A DNA stretch of 64,000 bases. Source: Guillardia theta CCMP2712 (taxonomy: Eukaryota; Protista; Cryptophyta). The notes beneath the pieces are model-generated. The model was not told where the DNA came from and did no database searches. It worked only from the letters and a program-made list of their open reading frames with translations. The stretch is from positions 539,745 through 603,744 of the forward strand of contig NW_005434653.1 of assembly GCF_000315625.1 (NCBI RefSeq), in the 5' to 3' direction. The stretch's first letter is position 1; each line of letters begins with the position of its first letter. The translations under genes were made by a program, and so were the position numbers. Below, one piece after another: positions 25,938 to 37,630 of the stretch.

Positions 25938-27991
25938 ATGTCCTGCCTTACCGCTCTGTCCGGAGCAACTGGTCCAACAGGGGGACAGAAGAATGGAGGG
26001 CCAGTTGACTCCAAATGTGACGTGAAGGTGGGGAAAGACGGGGAACTCCAGATTGTTCGGATCGACCAGAAGGACGACGGCGTTTTCAAGAAGCCTGTTC
26101 CTCCGGGACCAAGGACAGCGCTGAGGCAGAAGGCGCTGGATGAAGACGTGTACACTTCCTCCCTGAAGGCCATCATCGAGCGCGACTACTTCCCTGAGCT
26201 CCCTTACCTCCGAGCTAAGCAGGAGCTGGACGATGCTATGCAAAGCAGAGATCCTGTGCGGATCAAGGAGGCGTACGCGAACCTGCGCAAGTGTGCGATG
26301 ACTCCCTCCGGGAGGTACCTCTCGACCCCAAAGCGCGGGCTGGGCGCTAGCGCGTCGTCGACGCCTCTAGGAGGAACAGGGAGAGTGTCTGCTCCTGGGA
26401 CGCCCGGCAATCGAGGACGATCGAGCACCCCGATGGGGTTCGATGGTGACGACCACAGCGTGTGCTTGACGAATGAAGACGATCTGGAGAGGGAGGAAGA
26501 GATCAATCGAGTGATCAAAGGGAGATCACTAGATGACTTCGTCAAGAAGTACACCAGCGAAGACAACAAGTCGGCGTCCGAACTTATGTTGAAGGACGCG
26601 GTGGCGATGGAGGACAGGCGAATGTGGATCCACGAGCAAGCGGCAGAGTACAACATGCGCCAGAAGCTTCTGATCGAGAGGGGCCCCCGCCAGGAGGACG
26701 GGACCTTGAACATGATCTTGGGAGCTCCCTACGACGAGAAGGACTCTTTGACATCCTACGTTCCCAGCACTCACTACATCCCCAAGACGGTATCGAGGTT
26801 CCTGCACGCTCTCCCTCCACTGACTGCTGGTGCAACAGAAGCTACCCATGGGCAAGAACAACATCTCATCGTCCGCCACTCGGATGGCGAGGGCAGGACC
26901 CCAGCAGGACAAGGTCCAGCTCTTGATAACAGCTGCCTGCCGTCAGCTGACTGTGGATGTTTCAGACCTCCTTACAGCCCACGTTCCGAGCATACGCGAC
27001 ACCTGGGGCTGAAAGGTGACACAGCACGACGTTGCGATTGATTTGTGGTTGCTGAATAAGAGCTGTCAGTGTGGCCGCGTCGCCGAGGGTAGGAGGCTAC
27101 AGTTTCCTGCTCACTCCCTCTCCGGCTCCAGGGGAGCAGGACGACATTCCTTCCTTCACGTGGGGAAAGTGAGTCGAACTGAGTGCTCTGGTTGTTGCTA
27201 ACTTAGGACAAACAGCATTGAAGGTACCCCGCTGATCCTCCCAGAGGACGATATGCCCGAGTATCAGCCGTTCAGGGTCCAAGAGAGATCCAAGAAAGAA
27301 GAGGTTCAATTACAAACCAAAACACCACCTGGTTTCCCATTGAACCGCCCGACACATCCAGGTTGCGGACTCGATCTTTAACAAGTACCTTGCCAAGAAA
27401 GCTCTCCGTGCCAAAGGTGGAATCGATGCCAAGGCCAGAACACCCTCTCGTGCTGCTGGTGCGCAGACTCCTCAGCTCTCTGAAGCAGGTTGGTAGCGAT
27501 TTCAACCCCATGCCTCTCCAGCCTGTCCTCGTCTCCAGTTCCTCCCCAGTTGATCTCTCTTCTTTCACAGCAAGGAGACTAGCGTCAAAGTCCAGCGGAT
27601 CTCGGATGGGCCTGCCGTTGGACATGTACGTCGACATGCTCCTTATAACACTCGCTGAGTGCGAGCAACAGGCAACTGCGATCGACGTACCGCGGAACGC
27701 CCACCTCTTCCCGTTTGCAGACTCCAAGGAACTCACACGGTAGATGTATCTGTCCTAGGAACTGCTCGTCTGACAGCTTTCTCCCGCAGCCTCTGCTAGT
27801 GGCTCTTCCACGCCAAGGTCTCTCCTGGCTCCGAGCCCTGCAAGGTCTGCAGCTCCCATTGGTCTATAGTAGCATCATGACTGACTGACGGAAGCAGATC
27901 GACTTCCCAGCTTGTCAAGGACACCGTCAACAAAGTCTGCAGCAAGGTTGAGAAGGGAACGAACCTAACAGACGGCTTACTGCAAATATAA
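25938..27991 (+). CDS. ESS2: Splicing factor ESS2/DGCR14 (nuclear protein Es2)
   Basis: ALDEDVYTSSLKAIIERDYFPELPYL, SLDDFVKKYTSEDNKSASELM, IEGTPL, C-terminal NLTDGLLQI*. Confidence 0.88.
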
Positions 27992-28175
27992 TGAGGGGAA
28001 GCTTCATCCCAGAAGGTGAAGAGAAGGGTTTCGCTTGCTTCAACTTGTACCATTACAATGAAATACTTTGTTCTTCGAAGGAGTGAGAATGGTGATCATG
28101 ACAGCTGCATTCGTGAAAGCGACAGCGTTAATCTTTTACTGAGATACATTACATATGAACAAGGGTATGGAATCA

Positions 28176-29936
28176 TTACAAGGACGACGAGCATTTGCCC
28201 ATGTGGCTGTTCGGATGCCATCCTGTCAGATCGCTCGGGCACCTAGAGCAAGGCTGCGGGCCTGGATAGGACTTGTAACTTCCTGCAGGACATGCTAAAC
28301 AGTGTGCATCTTGGACCATTAACGGACTTTCCACCAGCACATCGCAGACATGATGCGTGTAAAGCTCAAAGTTGGCTAGTCCCCATGATTGTTCCACAGC
28401 AGGTAGAGTGAGCGATGTGCCGATCGAGACACTAGCGTTGGAGCTTGTATGGTTCACGACGAGCTCAAGTCTGTGCAAGTTCTGATCATACCGGGAGAAC
28501 TGATCTCCACAGAAGGGCAGCGGCTCGCTCATAATCAATGGTTGGGAAAGGACCACTCTGCCATCGACGGAGATGATGACTCTGTCCTGGTTCCAGAAGT
28601 CAATCTGCAGGAAATCAACGACGAGGCGAAGTTGTGTATGTTTCGCTAGCCCCGTGAAAGTTTTTCGAAGCACGACGTCTCTTCCAAACTGTCCAAACCC
28701 CCCCAGCACGTAGAGGCCCTCCTTGCAGTACGACCTTGAGATGGGACAGTTGGGGAAGCAGCTCCATCCATCTACGTGCACGTTGGCATTGTCTTCAAAG
28801 TATCGTATACCATCATACAAAGAGATCTTGGTCATCAAGACACCCCAAAATGACAAGTTCGATGAGTAAGGTGCCGACTGAATTCTCAATTCGAGCATGT
28901 CCCTTGAGTGAGACGCGTTGTAATTGACATGGAACATCACAGATGCTGTAGAGTTGTAGATTACCCTTGACTTGTAGTTCAGAACATCATCCCCGTCGCT
29001 GATGATTTGCAAAGAGCTGATATCAAACCCATCTCCGCTCACTAACCACAAATCCACCTGTGCGTAAGAATGCTTCGCAAGGTTGCTGAAATTCTTCATC
29101 AGGCTGGAAGAAGCGTTTGAGCAACGAGCAACGATCACAAGACCGTATGATGTGTTGAGACTTGCAGGAACTCCCCCATGGGCAGAGCATTGCCTCCATT
29201 CCACCTCAGCTTCAGGACTAGCGGGCTCGAGGATGAGGCTGTCACCGGGGCCGGAAAATTGAGAGCAGTTTTCGGAGAAGTCGATGCTGAAACCTGGTTG
29301 GCAGAGGCATCCAGTCTCAGGTGGCAAGAGGACTTGCGCAAGGCTGGAGTTACAAACACACTTGTGCGAGCCCAAGCCATCGGACACGACTTGAGCGTGG
29401 CTGGGGCAGTGAGTGCAAGAGCTGGATCCAGACTGTGAGAAGGAGTTTGAAGGACAATCCAAGCATGCAGATACAGATGGATACACCGAGTACTTGCCTG
29501 CTGGGCAAGCTATGCAGCTCACATTGTCGTTCGAAAACTTTCCGCTTGAACATGCCAGGACGCACACTCCTGCATCTGCTCCTGAGCAATTCTGAGACAA
29601 GTAGCCAACGCCGCATGATGTGCATGGCATGCACGTTCCTGCTGATGTTCCCTGGCAACCATCCCTGTACTGACCTTGAGGACACTCTGCGCAGGGAACC
29701 TCAATGCTCCCGCCCCCATCGCATTCATAACACGCTATTTTCAGATACGGATCGTTGCAACCGTATACCTGCGTGAACGCGTGGCACCAATCCTCTTGGG
29801 AAGTCAGCTCAGTGAAAGTCGCCGATCCCGTGCATGAGAACATGTCGAGTATCAGTAGCACCCCCAGCATCGCCCTGCCCATCTTCGCTCGGATGCCTCC
29901 TGACTTCGTCATGGCGGCAGCGGCCTTTGACGTCAA
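28176..29936 (-). CDS. Intronless secreted Cys-rich protein (TNFR/GCC2-GCC3-like repeats plus a duplicated beta-rich domain)
   Basis: 586-aa ORF with a signal-like MLGVLLILDMFSCTGSA, repeated CxxCPxGxY motifs, and an internal repeat KNFSNLAKHSYAQVDL / KTFTGLAKHTQLRLVVDF. Confidence 0.8.
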   Translation of the reverse strand: MTSKAAAAMTKSGGIRAKMGRAMLGVLLILDMFSCTGSATFTELTSQEDWCHAFTQVYGCNDPYLKIACYECDGGGSIEVPCAECPQGQYRDGCQGTSAGTCMPCTSCGVGYLSQNCSGADAGVCVLACSSGKFSNDNVSCIACPAGKYSVYPSVSACLDCPSNSFSQSGSSSCTHCPSHAQVVSDGLGSHKCVCNSSLAQVLLPPETGCLCQPGFSIDFSENCSQFSGPGDSLILEPASPEAEVEWRQCSAHGGVPASLNTSYGLVIVARCSNASSSLMKNFSNLAKHSYAQVDLWLVSGDGFDISSLQIISDGDDVLNYKSRVIYNSTASVMFHVNYNASHSRDMLELRIQSAPYSSNLSFWGVLMTKISLYDGIRYFEDNANVHVDGWSCFPNCPISRSYCKEGLYVLGGFGQFGRDVVLRKTFTGLAKHTQLRLVVDFLQIDFWNQDRVIISVDGRVVLSQPLIMSEPLPFCGDQFSRYDQNLHRLELVVNHTSSNASVSIGTSLTLPAVEQSWGLANFELYTHHVCDVLVESPLMVQDAHCLACPAGSYKSYPGPQPCSRCPSDLTGWHPNSHMGKCSSSL

Positions 29937-30134
29937 AACGCCTCAGAAAAATCAAGTCCGCCTCAACACAGAGGTAAGTGGGTGGGGTACTGTTAGAGGG
30001 TGGGTCCAAGAAGGAATGATAAGGGGTAAAATTATTTGTCAGTACCGGTATAGATGAAAGGTGGGGTAGAGCTAGGGGAAAAGAGGGGTGATGCTTTTGC
30101 TTCTGCTATTTTCGGAAGTGGAAAGGAAAGTGCA

Positions 30135-31465
30135 ATGCAGAGGTAAGTGCGAACGTGAAGGAGAGGGGAGTAAGTGGGTAGTGGAGCAAGGAGAGGAGGC
30201 AGGTGAAGTCAAGATGTTGAATGAAACAAACCTGTGCGTGGTGGTCAGAGGAATCCTGTCTGAGTGAGCCTGTAGAATTTGAACGGCAGTTGCCCTACTT
30301 GCCTTGCTCGTATGATCCTGTTTTGAAATGGTGCTAACTTTCCTGGCTTTTGTTTGATTCGCAGCTCTCCGAGATATCTGCTGGTTGCATCAGCACTTGC
30401 ACTATGTGCCGTGGTTGCACTGTTCGCGCTGGCCTCTGACCAGTATCAAACGTTGATGAACAACGACAAGGGCGAGCTTGAACAAGTCAACCGCAAGGCA
30501 GTCGCAGAGTTGCAGCAGATGTTGAAGAAGCAGTCCTCCATGGACGTGAAGGAAGCTCAGCTCTTCCAGGAGATCAGGACTAGCCAGAAGAAGTCTGCTG
30601 TGCATGCCGCTGCTCAGAAGAAAGCTGCTACCCTCTCAGCACCCAGCGGGGCTGTTTCCCTTGGGATGGTCTCGTCTTTCGAAACCAGGAATCCTGAGAT
30701 GACAGAGCTCCACATGTCTAAAGTTGAGAGGCTGAAGAAGGAGCTTGCTCAGGCAGAAAAGGAGGCGGCTGCGAAGAAGCAACCGAAGGTCTGCTTTCGC
30801 ATCGATGTAGTGTTGCCTCACCATCCGCAGGTTGCCAAGAAAGTGAATTCCGCAAAGCCAAAATCACCGCTCCAGAAGCTTAAAGATCAGGAGGGGAAGC
30901 TGGTGATTTGAACTATGCTGGCAATGCCTAACTTGTCGGAACCTGACCAACTTGTTCATTGAAGGTCACTGCTGCTGAGTTCAAGCAGTTGAATCCTCAG
31001 CAGGCCAAGAGTGAAGACACCAAGATTGCCAAAGAAGCAGGTTGGCGCATTGCAGAGATCTTTAGATCGATTCTGACAACCCCTGGGATCAGGAATGAAG
31101 AGCATGGGATGGATGGGAAGCAAGTCCTATATCGACAACAAGGTATTGGTAACACAAGTGTACGATACGTTGACATCAAGTTCAGCTCAAGTCCCTCAAT
31201 TGTGATCCTTCCAACTTCGTGTGCACGGGAACACCAGAACAAAAGAAAGAGGTGGACATTCGTAGTACTTTAGCGTGGCTGTTATCTTATTTTGTTCCAG
31301 GCTTTGAAGATGATCAAGCAAATTATGAAGGGGATTCAAGGAGATTCCAAGCAGGTTTCGTTTACATTTTGAACTTGGATCATTTGTGAGTGACCAATCA
31401 TGCATCAGGTAAACGCATACGGCTGGAAGGAAGAGCACGCATTGCCGCCTGCCCCTAAGATGTAA
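30135..31465 (+). CDS. Hypothetical signal-anchored Lys/Ala/Gln-rich coiled-coil protein
   Basis: ATG CAG AG|gtaag...gcag|C TCT CCG gives MQSSPRYLLVASALALCAVVALFALA. Further short introns; ends ...HALPPAPKM*. Confidence 0.65.
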
Positions 31466-31589
31466 AGATATGTTACTTATTTCCTCCCTATTCCCTCGAT
31501 TTCTCAAACATAAATTGCTCTACGACACTTTAGTAGTGTGGTTTCCGGAGTTCTGATGCCTCGTGATGATAACACTAGCACATCTCTGA

Positions 31590-31790
31590 GTGTTCAACTA
31601 CAGACCGGTCGTGCGGCGGCCAGTCACCGGGCCCGTAGTATGAGTCGAACACCCCGGCCCGCCAGCTCCGAGGCCCCTCCGCGACCGAGTCGGAGTACGG
31701 TCGGCAGCGCGGCCCGGCCCATCGGCGCCCGGCGCGCCGGGGCTTGCCCCGGTAGTCTCACCAGTTGCCGCGCCAGTACATGATTGTCCT
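31590..31790. repeat. CpG-rich dispersed element (copy 2)
   Basis: ccggtcgtgcggcggccagtcaccgggcccgtag...cgagtcggagtacggtc; same word set as the other copies. Confidence 0.55.
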
Positions 31791-32250
31791 CGTACTGATT
31801 TTTAACTTAACTTTGAGTAAAGAGATTGAGTCAGGGTTGGGGTCCATGGAGGGAGCTCCCAAGCTCCAGGTAAAAAACATCGGAAATAGAGCAGACCACC
31901 CCCTCTGAATTCGTACCCCTTCTTTGACCAAGTATGAGTTGGAAGAATTGGGGTACTTGAGGTAGGAGGGGGTATATAATCGTTGCCGCGCGGAGCGGGA
32001 GACACGCAACGGGTGAGCCATGCTTACTTAGCAATGCTGTGTGATGAAAAGATGTGAAGATATGGACTTGAGAGCAATGCTTCCTCTGTGATTCCTAAAG
32101 CTTGAAATCTCTTTCTTGTTCAAGTACTCACTGTAAAGTTGAGGCACTGAACATACTGTTCTTTAATGTTTATTGAGCCCCACGATGTGTAACTCAATAC
32201 ATGTGGTAGCTGAATTAATGTTTTGCATTTTCTGATATAGAGGTTGCAGA

Positions 32251-32421
32251 ATGTTCGCTCTCCTTTTCGATCTTGAGGACTACGCCACCACCTACCGCGC
32301 CACCCGCGATGCCTACTTGAAGGCTGCCAACGAGCTCAAGCTCGCCACCGGCCCCTACAAGGCTGCCCGTGACGCCTACGTTGCGGCCACCGCCACCTAC
32401 ACCAAGTCCCTCTACGAGTAA
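32251..32421 (+). CDS. 56-aa Ala/Tyr-rich helical microprotein, candidate ejectisome ribbon (Tri-family) protein
   Basis: MFALLFDLEDYATTYRATRDAYLKAANELKLATGPYKAARDAYVAATATYTKSLYE*. Strong C-ending codon bias within AT-rich flanks. TATA-like ggtatataat at ~31971 and a probable 5'UTR intron (gtgag at ~32012). The ORF is well supported; the family assignment rests on recalled similarity only. Confidence 0.7.
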   Translation: MFALLFDLEDYATTYRATRDAYLKAANELKLATGPYKAARDAYVAATATYTKSLYE

Positions 32422-32806
32422 ATGTAAAGATCGGAAGTGGAATAAAACTTTTAAAATGTCAGCTTTTTGTCTTGTGTTTGATAGCTTGGATGTACATCAA
32501 TCGTTTGTGTCGTTCTCCTTTGTTCATCGTTTCTATGATTATTCTCTGGTGGATAATGGTAGAAAATCTTGAATATTCAGAATTTCGAATCTAAGATGAA
32601 ATTCATGCACACAACACATGACGATTTTCGTGTGCAGGAAAATAGAGAAGTGAAAAATTCACTGTCGTAGACCCACTTTACCGATAGTGGATGAATTTGA
32701 ACAGTAGTAGACCCACTTCGCAGGTTTACATGAAAACAATGCCAACTGTAGTTACAAACAACACACAGACTCATTAAAGATGCTCTAGCCATTTGTGAAA
32801 AGCTAA

Positions 32807-33202
32807 TTACTTGAGGAAGGGTCCGTGAATAAATGCGTTGATGCAGGAGATTCGGTTGCTGCAGGACAATCAAAACCTGTCGGAATCGTTTACAGATTTT
32901 ACCTCAGGTGGTCGAATTCGTCAACGCAGTAATCAATGTTCTTGAGGTTCATGTAGATGTTAGGCCATCTAACGAGGCGACGTGAGATTCTTCAGGAACA
33001 TTGAGAACACAACAAATTACGTTTGGTAAGAAGATCCAGTAGGTGGAACGTAACCGGGTGGTGGCATCTGTTGACATATCAAAAAAAAACAGCTCAAGAC
33101 TTGGATGCTTACTGGAACTCCGCCGTTCATCATGTTAGGGCGCCAGTTTTGCGCCTTGTTTCCACTCGATGAGGAGGAAGCTTCTGTGAGAATAGAAAAC
33201 AT
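32807..33202 (-). CDS. Small hypothetical protein (~84 aa), 4 exons
   Basis: Three GT-AG introns splice in frame: MFSILTEASSSSSGNKAQNWRPNMMNGGVP|MPPPGYVPPTGSSYQT|WPNIYMNLKNIDYCVDEFDHLS|NRISCINAFIHGPFLK*. Confidence 0.65.
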
Positions 33203-34124
33203 CTGCAGAAGAAGTTTAAAACCGAACATAAAACCAACTGGAATGGTGAATATCAGAATATTTGGAAAGGTTGAAATAAAGGATGAATCATTTCAATGGT
33301 AGTAGTAGGAACATTCGCCCTTGCTAATGAGCCACAACCGGTCATAAAATTGATTTTTGGTATTTCGTGGCGGAGATTTACAGTGTAGAAACGATACTGT
33401 TTCTCTCATTCCTTAGATTTTTGAAAAAGATTTCATCAGATTTAAGCAGTTGAAGGGTTAACATGCTCTGCTTGTTTGTTCTGAGTATTTCTCGACATGA
33501 CTTCCAGTCCTTTGTCCTACTTATATTGAAATTTAGCTAAGGATGTCTAAATATCCTGTTTCGCAGCTCACATATAGGAACCTGCATAGAAAATATATCC
33601 CTAACTCCTTCTGGGGTACTCTTATCTGTACAGTGTGCCTGTTGAAGAATTCCTGTGGGGCTCAGAAAGTCTCAAGAACACTACACTCTTGAGAATGAAT
33701 GTGACTGCCTGTCCCTACCTGTTCAGTTTCGTTTCCTCTCATCGTGAGCGTCTACCATATGCTACCAGCTTCAACATGCCCGATCAAACGCCTATCTTGC
33801 GAAGATGTTCGATCACAATCGCACTACAACTTCTGATACTCATGGCATATTTTCAAGTAGCCCGACCGTGAGAGGGCCACAACAAAGCTAATCATCGTAC
33901 TGGGATGCTCTTGGTAGCTATGAAATGATCAAATTGCTTGCAGACTCATGCTCCTCGTCCTCAGCTCGACCTCGACTAGTCCGTTGACATCAGAACACAA
34001 TGATCCGCATGGCGAAAGGGCTTGGCTGAGTAGTCAGTAGGCTATTTCCGGCAGCGGCCCTACAAAGAGTACCCCACCCTACACAACTTAAGTCCTAACT
34101 GAACCTAAAAAGTAGTAGGGTATA

Positions 34125-34720
34125 GTGGTGACTAGCGCACTGGACTACGGAAGCCTGGGCCGAGCCTGTTGCCGCCCCGCCGGCTCAGGGCCGGCCGGCC
34201 GGCGGCGCCGCGCGGTCCGACCGTCACTAGTACCGTCGCGGCCAACGTTGGCGGCGGGCTGAGCCGGGCCACCCGCCGGGTGACCGTGCCCGCTGCAGCG
34301 GCCTGGCAGTACCGTACGGTCGGCACCCGGTGCACCGTGCCGCAGGTCCGAGGAGCCGGGGCTGCCATGCCATGATCATGAGTCAGTGATGGTCACCCGG
34401 GGTGACCGTACTCCGGGCCCCGGGCTCTCACAGTCACGGCGTGTCGCCGCGGCTGCACTGCCCCCGGCAGCGGCAGGCCCCGGCCCCGCGGCGTGACTCA
34501 GACCCGGGCCGCAACTTTCAACGGCACATGGCACTGCATCATCGCGGCATTCCGTACCAAGTCCTTCAAGTACACAGGCTACCCCCCGCCGTAGGCTGCC
34601 GCACTGCAGGCTGGTGAGGTTCCGACTGAGGCGGGCCCTCGGTCCTCCCGACAACCCCGACACTGCTGAGCAGGCGGTACGGTAGGTCCGTCGGGCCTGT
34701 ACGGTCCGGCCTTGCTACCC
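34125..34720. repeat. CpG-rich dispersed element (copy 3, longest)
   Basis: About 600 bp of very high GC sequence built from CCGG/GGCCC/GTCAC/GTACGG/GAGTC words. No credible ORF. Confidence 0.6.
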
Positions 34721-35345
34721 TGACCCCTCCTTTGAAGACAGTAATGACCCCACCCTAGGGTGTTACCGTAGCCTTTCCGAGTTGCTTCCCCTCGGAAGCT
34801 TCACTACTACTACTACTGCGCCCTCACAAAAAGAACCAGGACCCCGACCCCCCTCCCTGTTGCCACTCCGACCTACCCCACCCCACAGTCCTAGTGGAGG
34901 ATACCCCCATCTATTAGCTCAGAAGTGTCATCATCGGTCTACCCCACCACTGGCCAGGGGAAGGGTCTACGATCCCGGCGCAATGCAGCACTATCATGCT
35001 GCAGCACAACCTTGCTCAAGGCCATCGCGATGAGATGTCCATGCAAACCTCAAATCTTCTTTCACCTCCTTTCTGTAGCTTTGTTGTCAGTGCTGTCAGA
35101 ACCATGAAGCGCTTATGAAGTCGTGATCATTGCTCGAGTGCTGTCGAATCATTCTGAGTACTGTAGCACGATTGACTGGCATGATATTCACTGAATTCAC
35201 CCAAGATTGCAACTGTGTGTTGTCCATTACACTCTCGTATCAGTATTGATAGTGTACAATGGAACCTCAAAGATTCGACTTTTGTAAAATCACTTTTTTA
35301 ACTACTTGTTCTGCAGGTTTGTTTCGATTCCTTCGCCACCACATC

Positions 35346-37510
35346 ATGCTATCTTCGATGAGCACGTTGAGGTTTCCTAAAACGGGGTCTTCAACAAAAC
35401 GAGAAAGTTCAAAACCAGCAGAGACACATGCTGCTCAGAATACCCAGAGGTATTACGGTCTCTGCTTAACGAAATTCTTTCGGACTGAATTGTGCTTCCA
35501 GTCGAGCCCAGGAAAATAGGAGAGTCTTGGTTCAAAACTCACCGTCGTCAAATCAGATTCAACCCATCGAATGGATTCAGAAAATATCAATGACCACGGG
35601 ATTGCCTTATTTTTTCAACGTGGTCACTGGGCAGAGTACCTGGCAGCTTCGCGTCGCAGGTAAGCGGAGGGTTTGGGCGTCATGGCGAGAAATGAGTCCT
35701 GCTCCAGGGAGTCAGGGCATGTATTATGATTATAACGCTCAGAGAGACTTAGCATACAACAGACCGTTGCAAATTGAATCTGGTATCGCCATGCCGTTCC
35801 AACCTTATCCCGTGATCCCTGCGGAGCAAGTGATTCCTCATGCGTGCATTGCGCAATGCTGACCCGACATGTAGGGGTATTACGTACATGCTCAACCCGT
35901 GAATGTCAAGAGTACGAATCACATTGGAAACCAGGAAGAACGAGTGCATGTGGAAGCTCCCAAACCGAAGGCGAATTCAGTATTGGCTGCTGACAGCATC
36001 CCGCTGGAAGTCAGGTCTCAGCATAATAACAAGACTACTTCCGAACAAAGAAACATTGCCAAGCAATCCGTCAATCCGAAACCAAGTGCAGAAATTCAGG
36101 GTTCACATTTCGTAAGTCCTGCTGCTGCTACCTTAGGAAACCACACCAAGGTTGTGCCAAAAAAGAATCCACCTAATGGAGCACCTGTGCCGAGCTACCA
36201 AACCCTTCAAATAGCGAAGGATGATTCCAAGAGCGTGCTTGCTATGCTTGAGGACGGCTCAACACAGGTTGGTCAACATTCTTGCCTGTAATCATATCGT
36301 ACATGACTTCCCATTACAGTTTCCTGGTCGGAAGGGGATTTCCCAGCGCAGTGTTTTGGACCAGGCAGCTCCAAGCGCACAAGGAGAAAAGTTCACGTCG
36401 TAAGTGTTCCCTTTGAAAACCGCCATGTAGATTCATTCTGTGCCTTGCAGTCCCCAATCGGCTGAGTCGCGCGGGAATTGCAGAGCCTGTGGCAGGGAGG
36501 TGAACACTCCTGTGGCATAGTAGCTACAATCGACCGATGCCGGCAGGTACTTACCAGCCAAGCAAGAGTCTGTGAAGAAGGATCCTACTTTCACTCTGAG
36601 TGCCATGAAATATTGGTGGAAGCGATAGAAACTGCTAAGAGAGAGGCACGCGAGAAGACGATCGCACAGCTTCATGCCAACAAGGTTACAAAGCTCACCA
36701 TCTCTGAATGAACAGAGATTGACTCAGTCAACTCAGGGCACTGACATGTCAAACTTCACTCGAACAATCCAACAGCCGATTCTAAACACTGACAATCGAA
36801 GAGACATGTACCTTCACATGTTTGATTGTTCAAGAAATGTTTGTTGAATGGATGCATCAGGCAATCGGAAGCATCTAAACCTCAAAGCCGTGGACCTTGC
36901 GGAATATGTGGAGAGCAGGTAAAGCTTCAGGCTTGTTGTTTGCTGCCATTAATATGACGGCTGCTACAGGTTCTGACCATTCATACGCGAGTGTGTGCGG
37001 AAGGGCAATACTACCATAAGGACTGCTACGGGACGGTGGAACCTCAGATTGTGGATACGCCCCAAGTGAAGCAGGTGAAGCCAACCTATCGTCTGCGATC
37101 CCTCCATGACTTGCGGCAAGGCTTCTTCCTCAAGCATCCCGAGAACATTGCGCGTGTCGAAGTCACTGGCATCACGCATTCCTGAAACGATCAAGGAGTC
37201 TCCTTCACCCCGGAAGGGTGGCCCACCCCTCGATGACTTCAATGATAGGTACATCTGACGATGTCATTCCAAGCTCTCTGATTCATGCTCTTCTGTAATC
37301 TGCAGCAATGAAATGGCGGCTCCTGTGCCTCAATCCCGTGGTTTCTGCCCTGTGTGCAACCAGGAGGTTTGCTTTGCTCGATTTTCAACTGCCACTTGCC
37401 TTGACTTCTCGCTCCAGGTCCTTACAAGCCAAGAAAGGACGATGGACGCAGAGCAGTTGTATTATCACCTCGACTGCTTCAACAACAAAACAGAGACAAG
37501 CGCTCAGTAG
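35346..37510 (+). CDS. WW-domain protein with three half-LIM-like zinc fingers
   Basis: WW: EWIQKISMTTGLPYFFNVVTGQSTWQ. Fingers: RGNCRACGRE|VLTSQARVCEEGSYFHSEC, RGPCGICGEQ|VLTIHTRVCAEGQYYHKDC, RGFCPVCNQE|VLTSQERTMDAEQLYYHLDC. Start is uncertain. Confidence 0.75.
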
Positions 37511-37630
37511 AGCACGAGTCCGACACCGTTGGACCCTCACGTTTGGAAAGTCAATCGACAAATGGAGCCCTTAAATACTTTTGGTGCAAGCACATCAACC
37601 TCGTAGACAGAATACATTTGTATTGTACTC

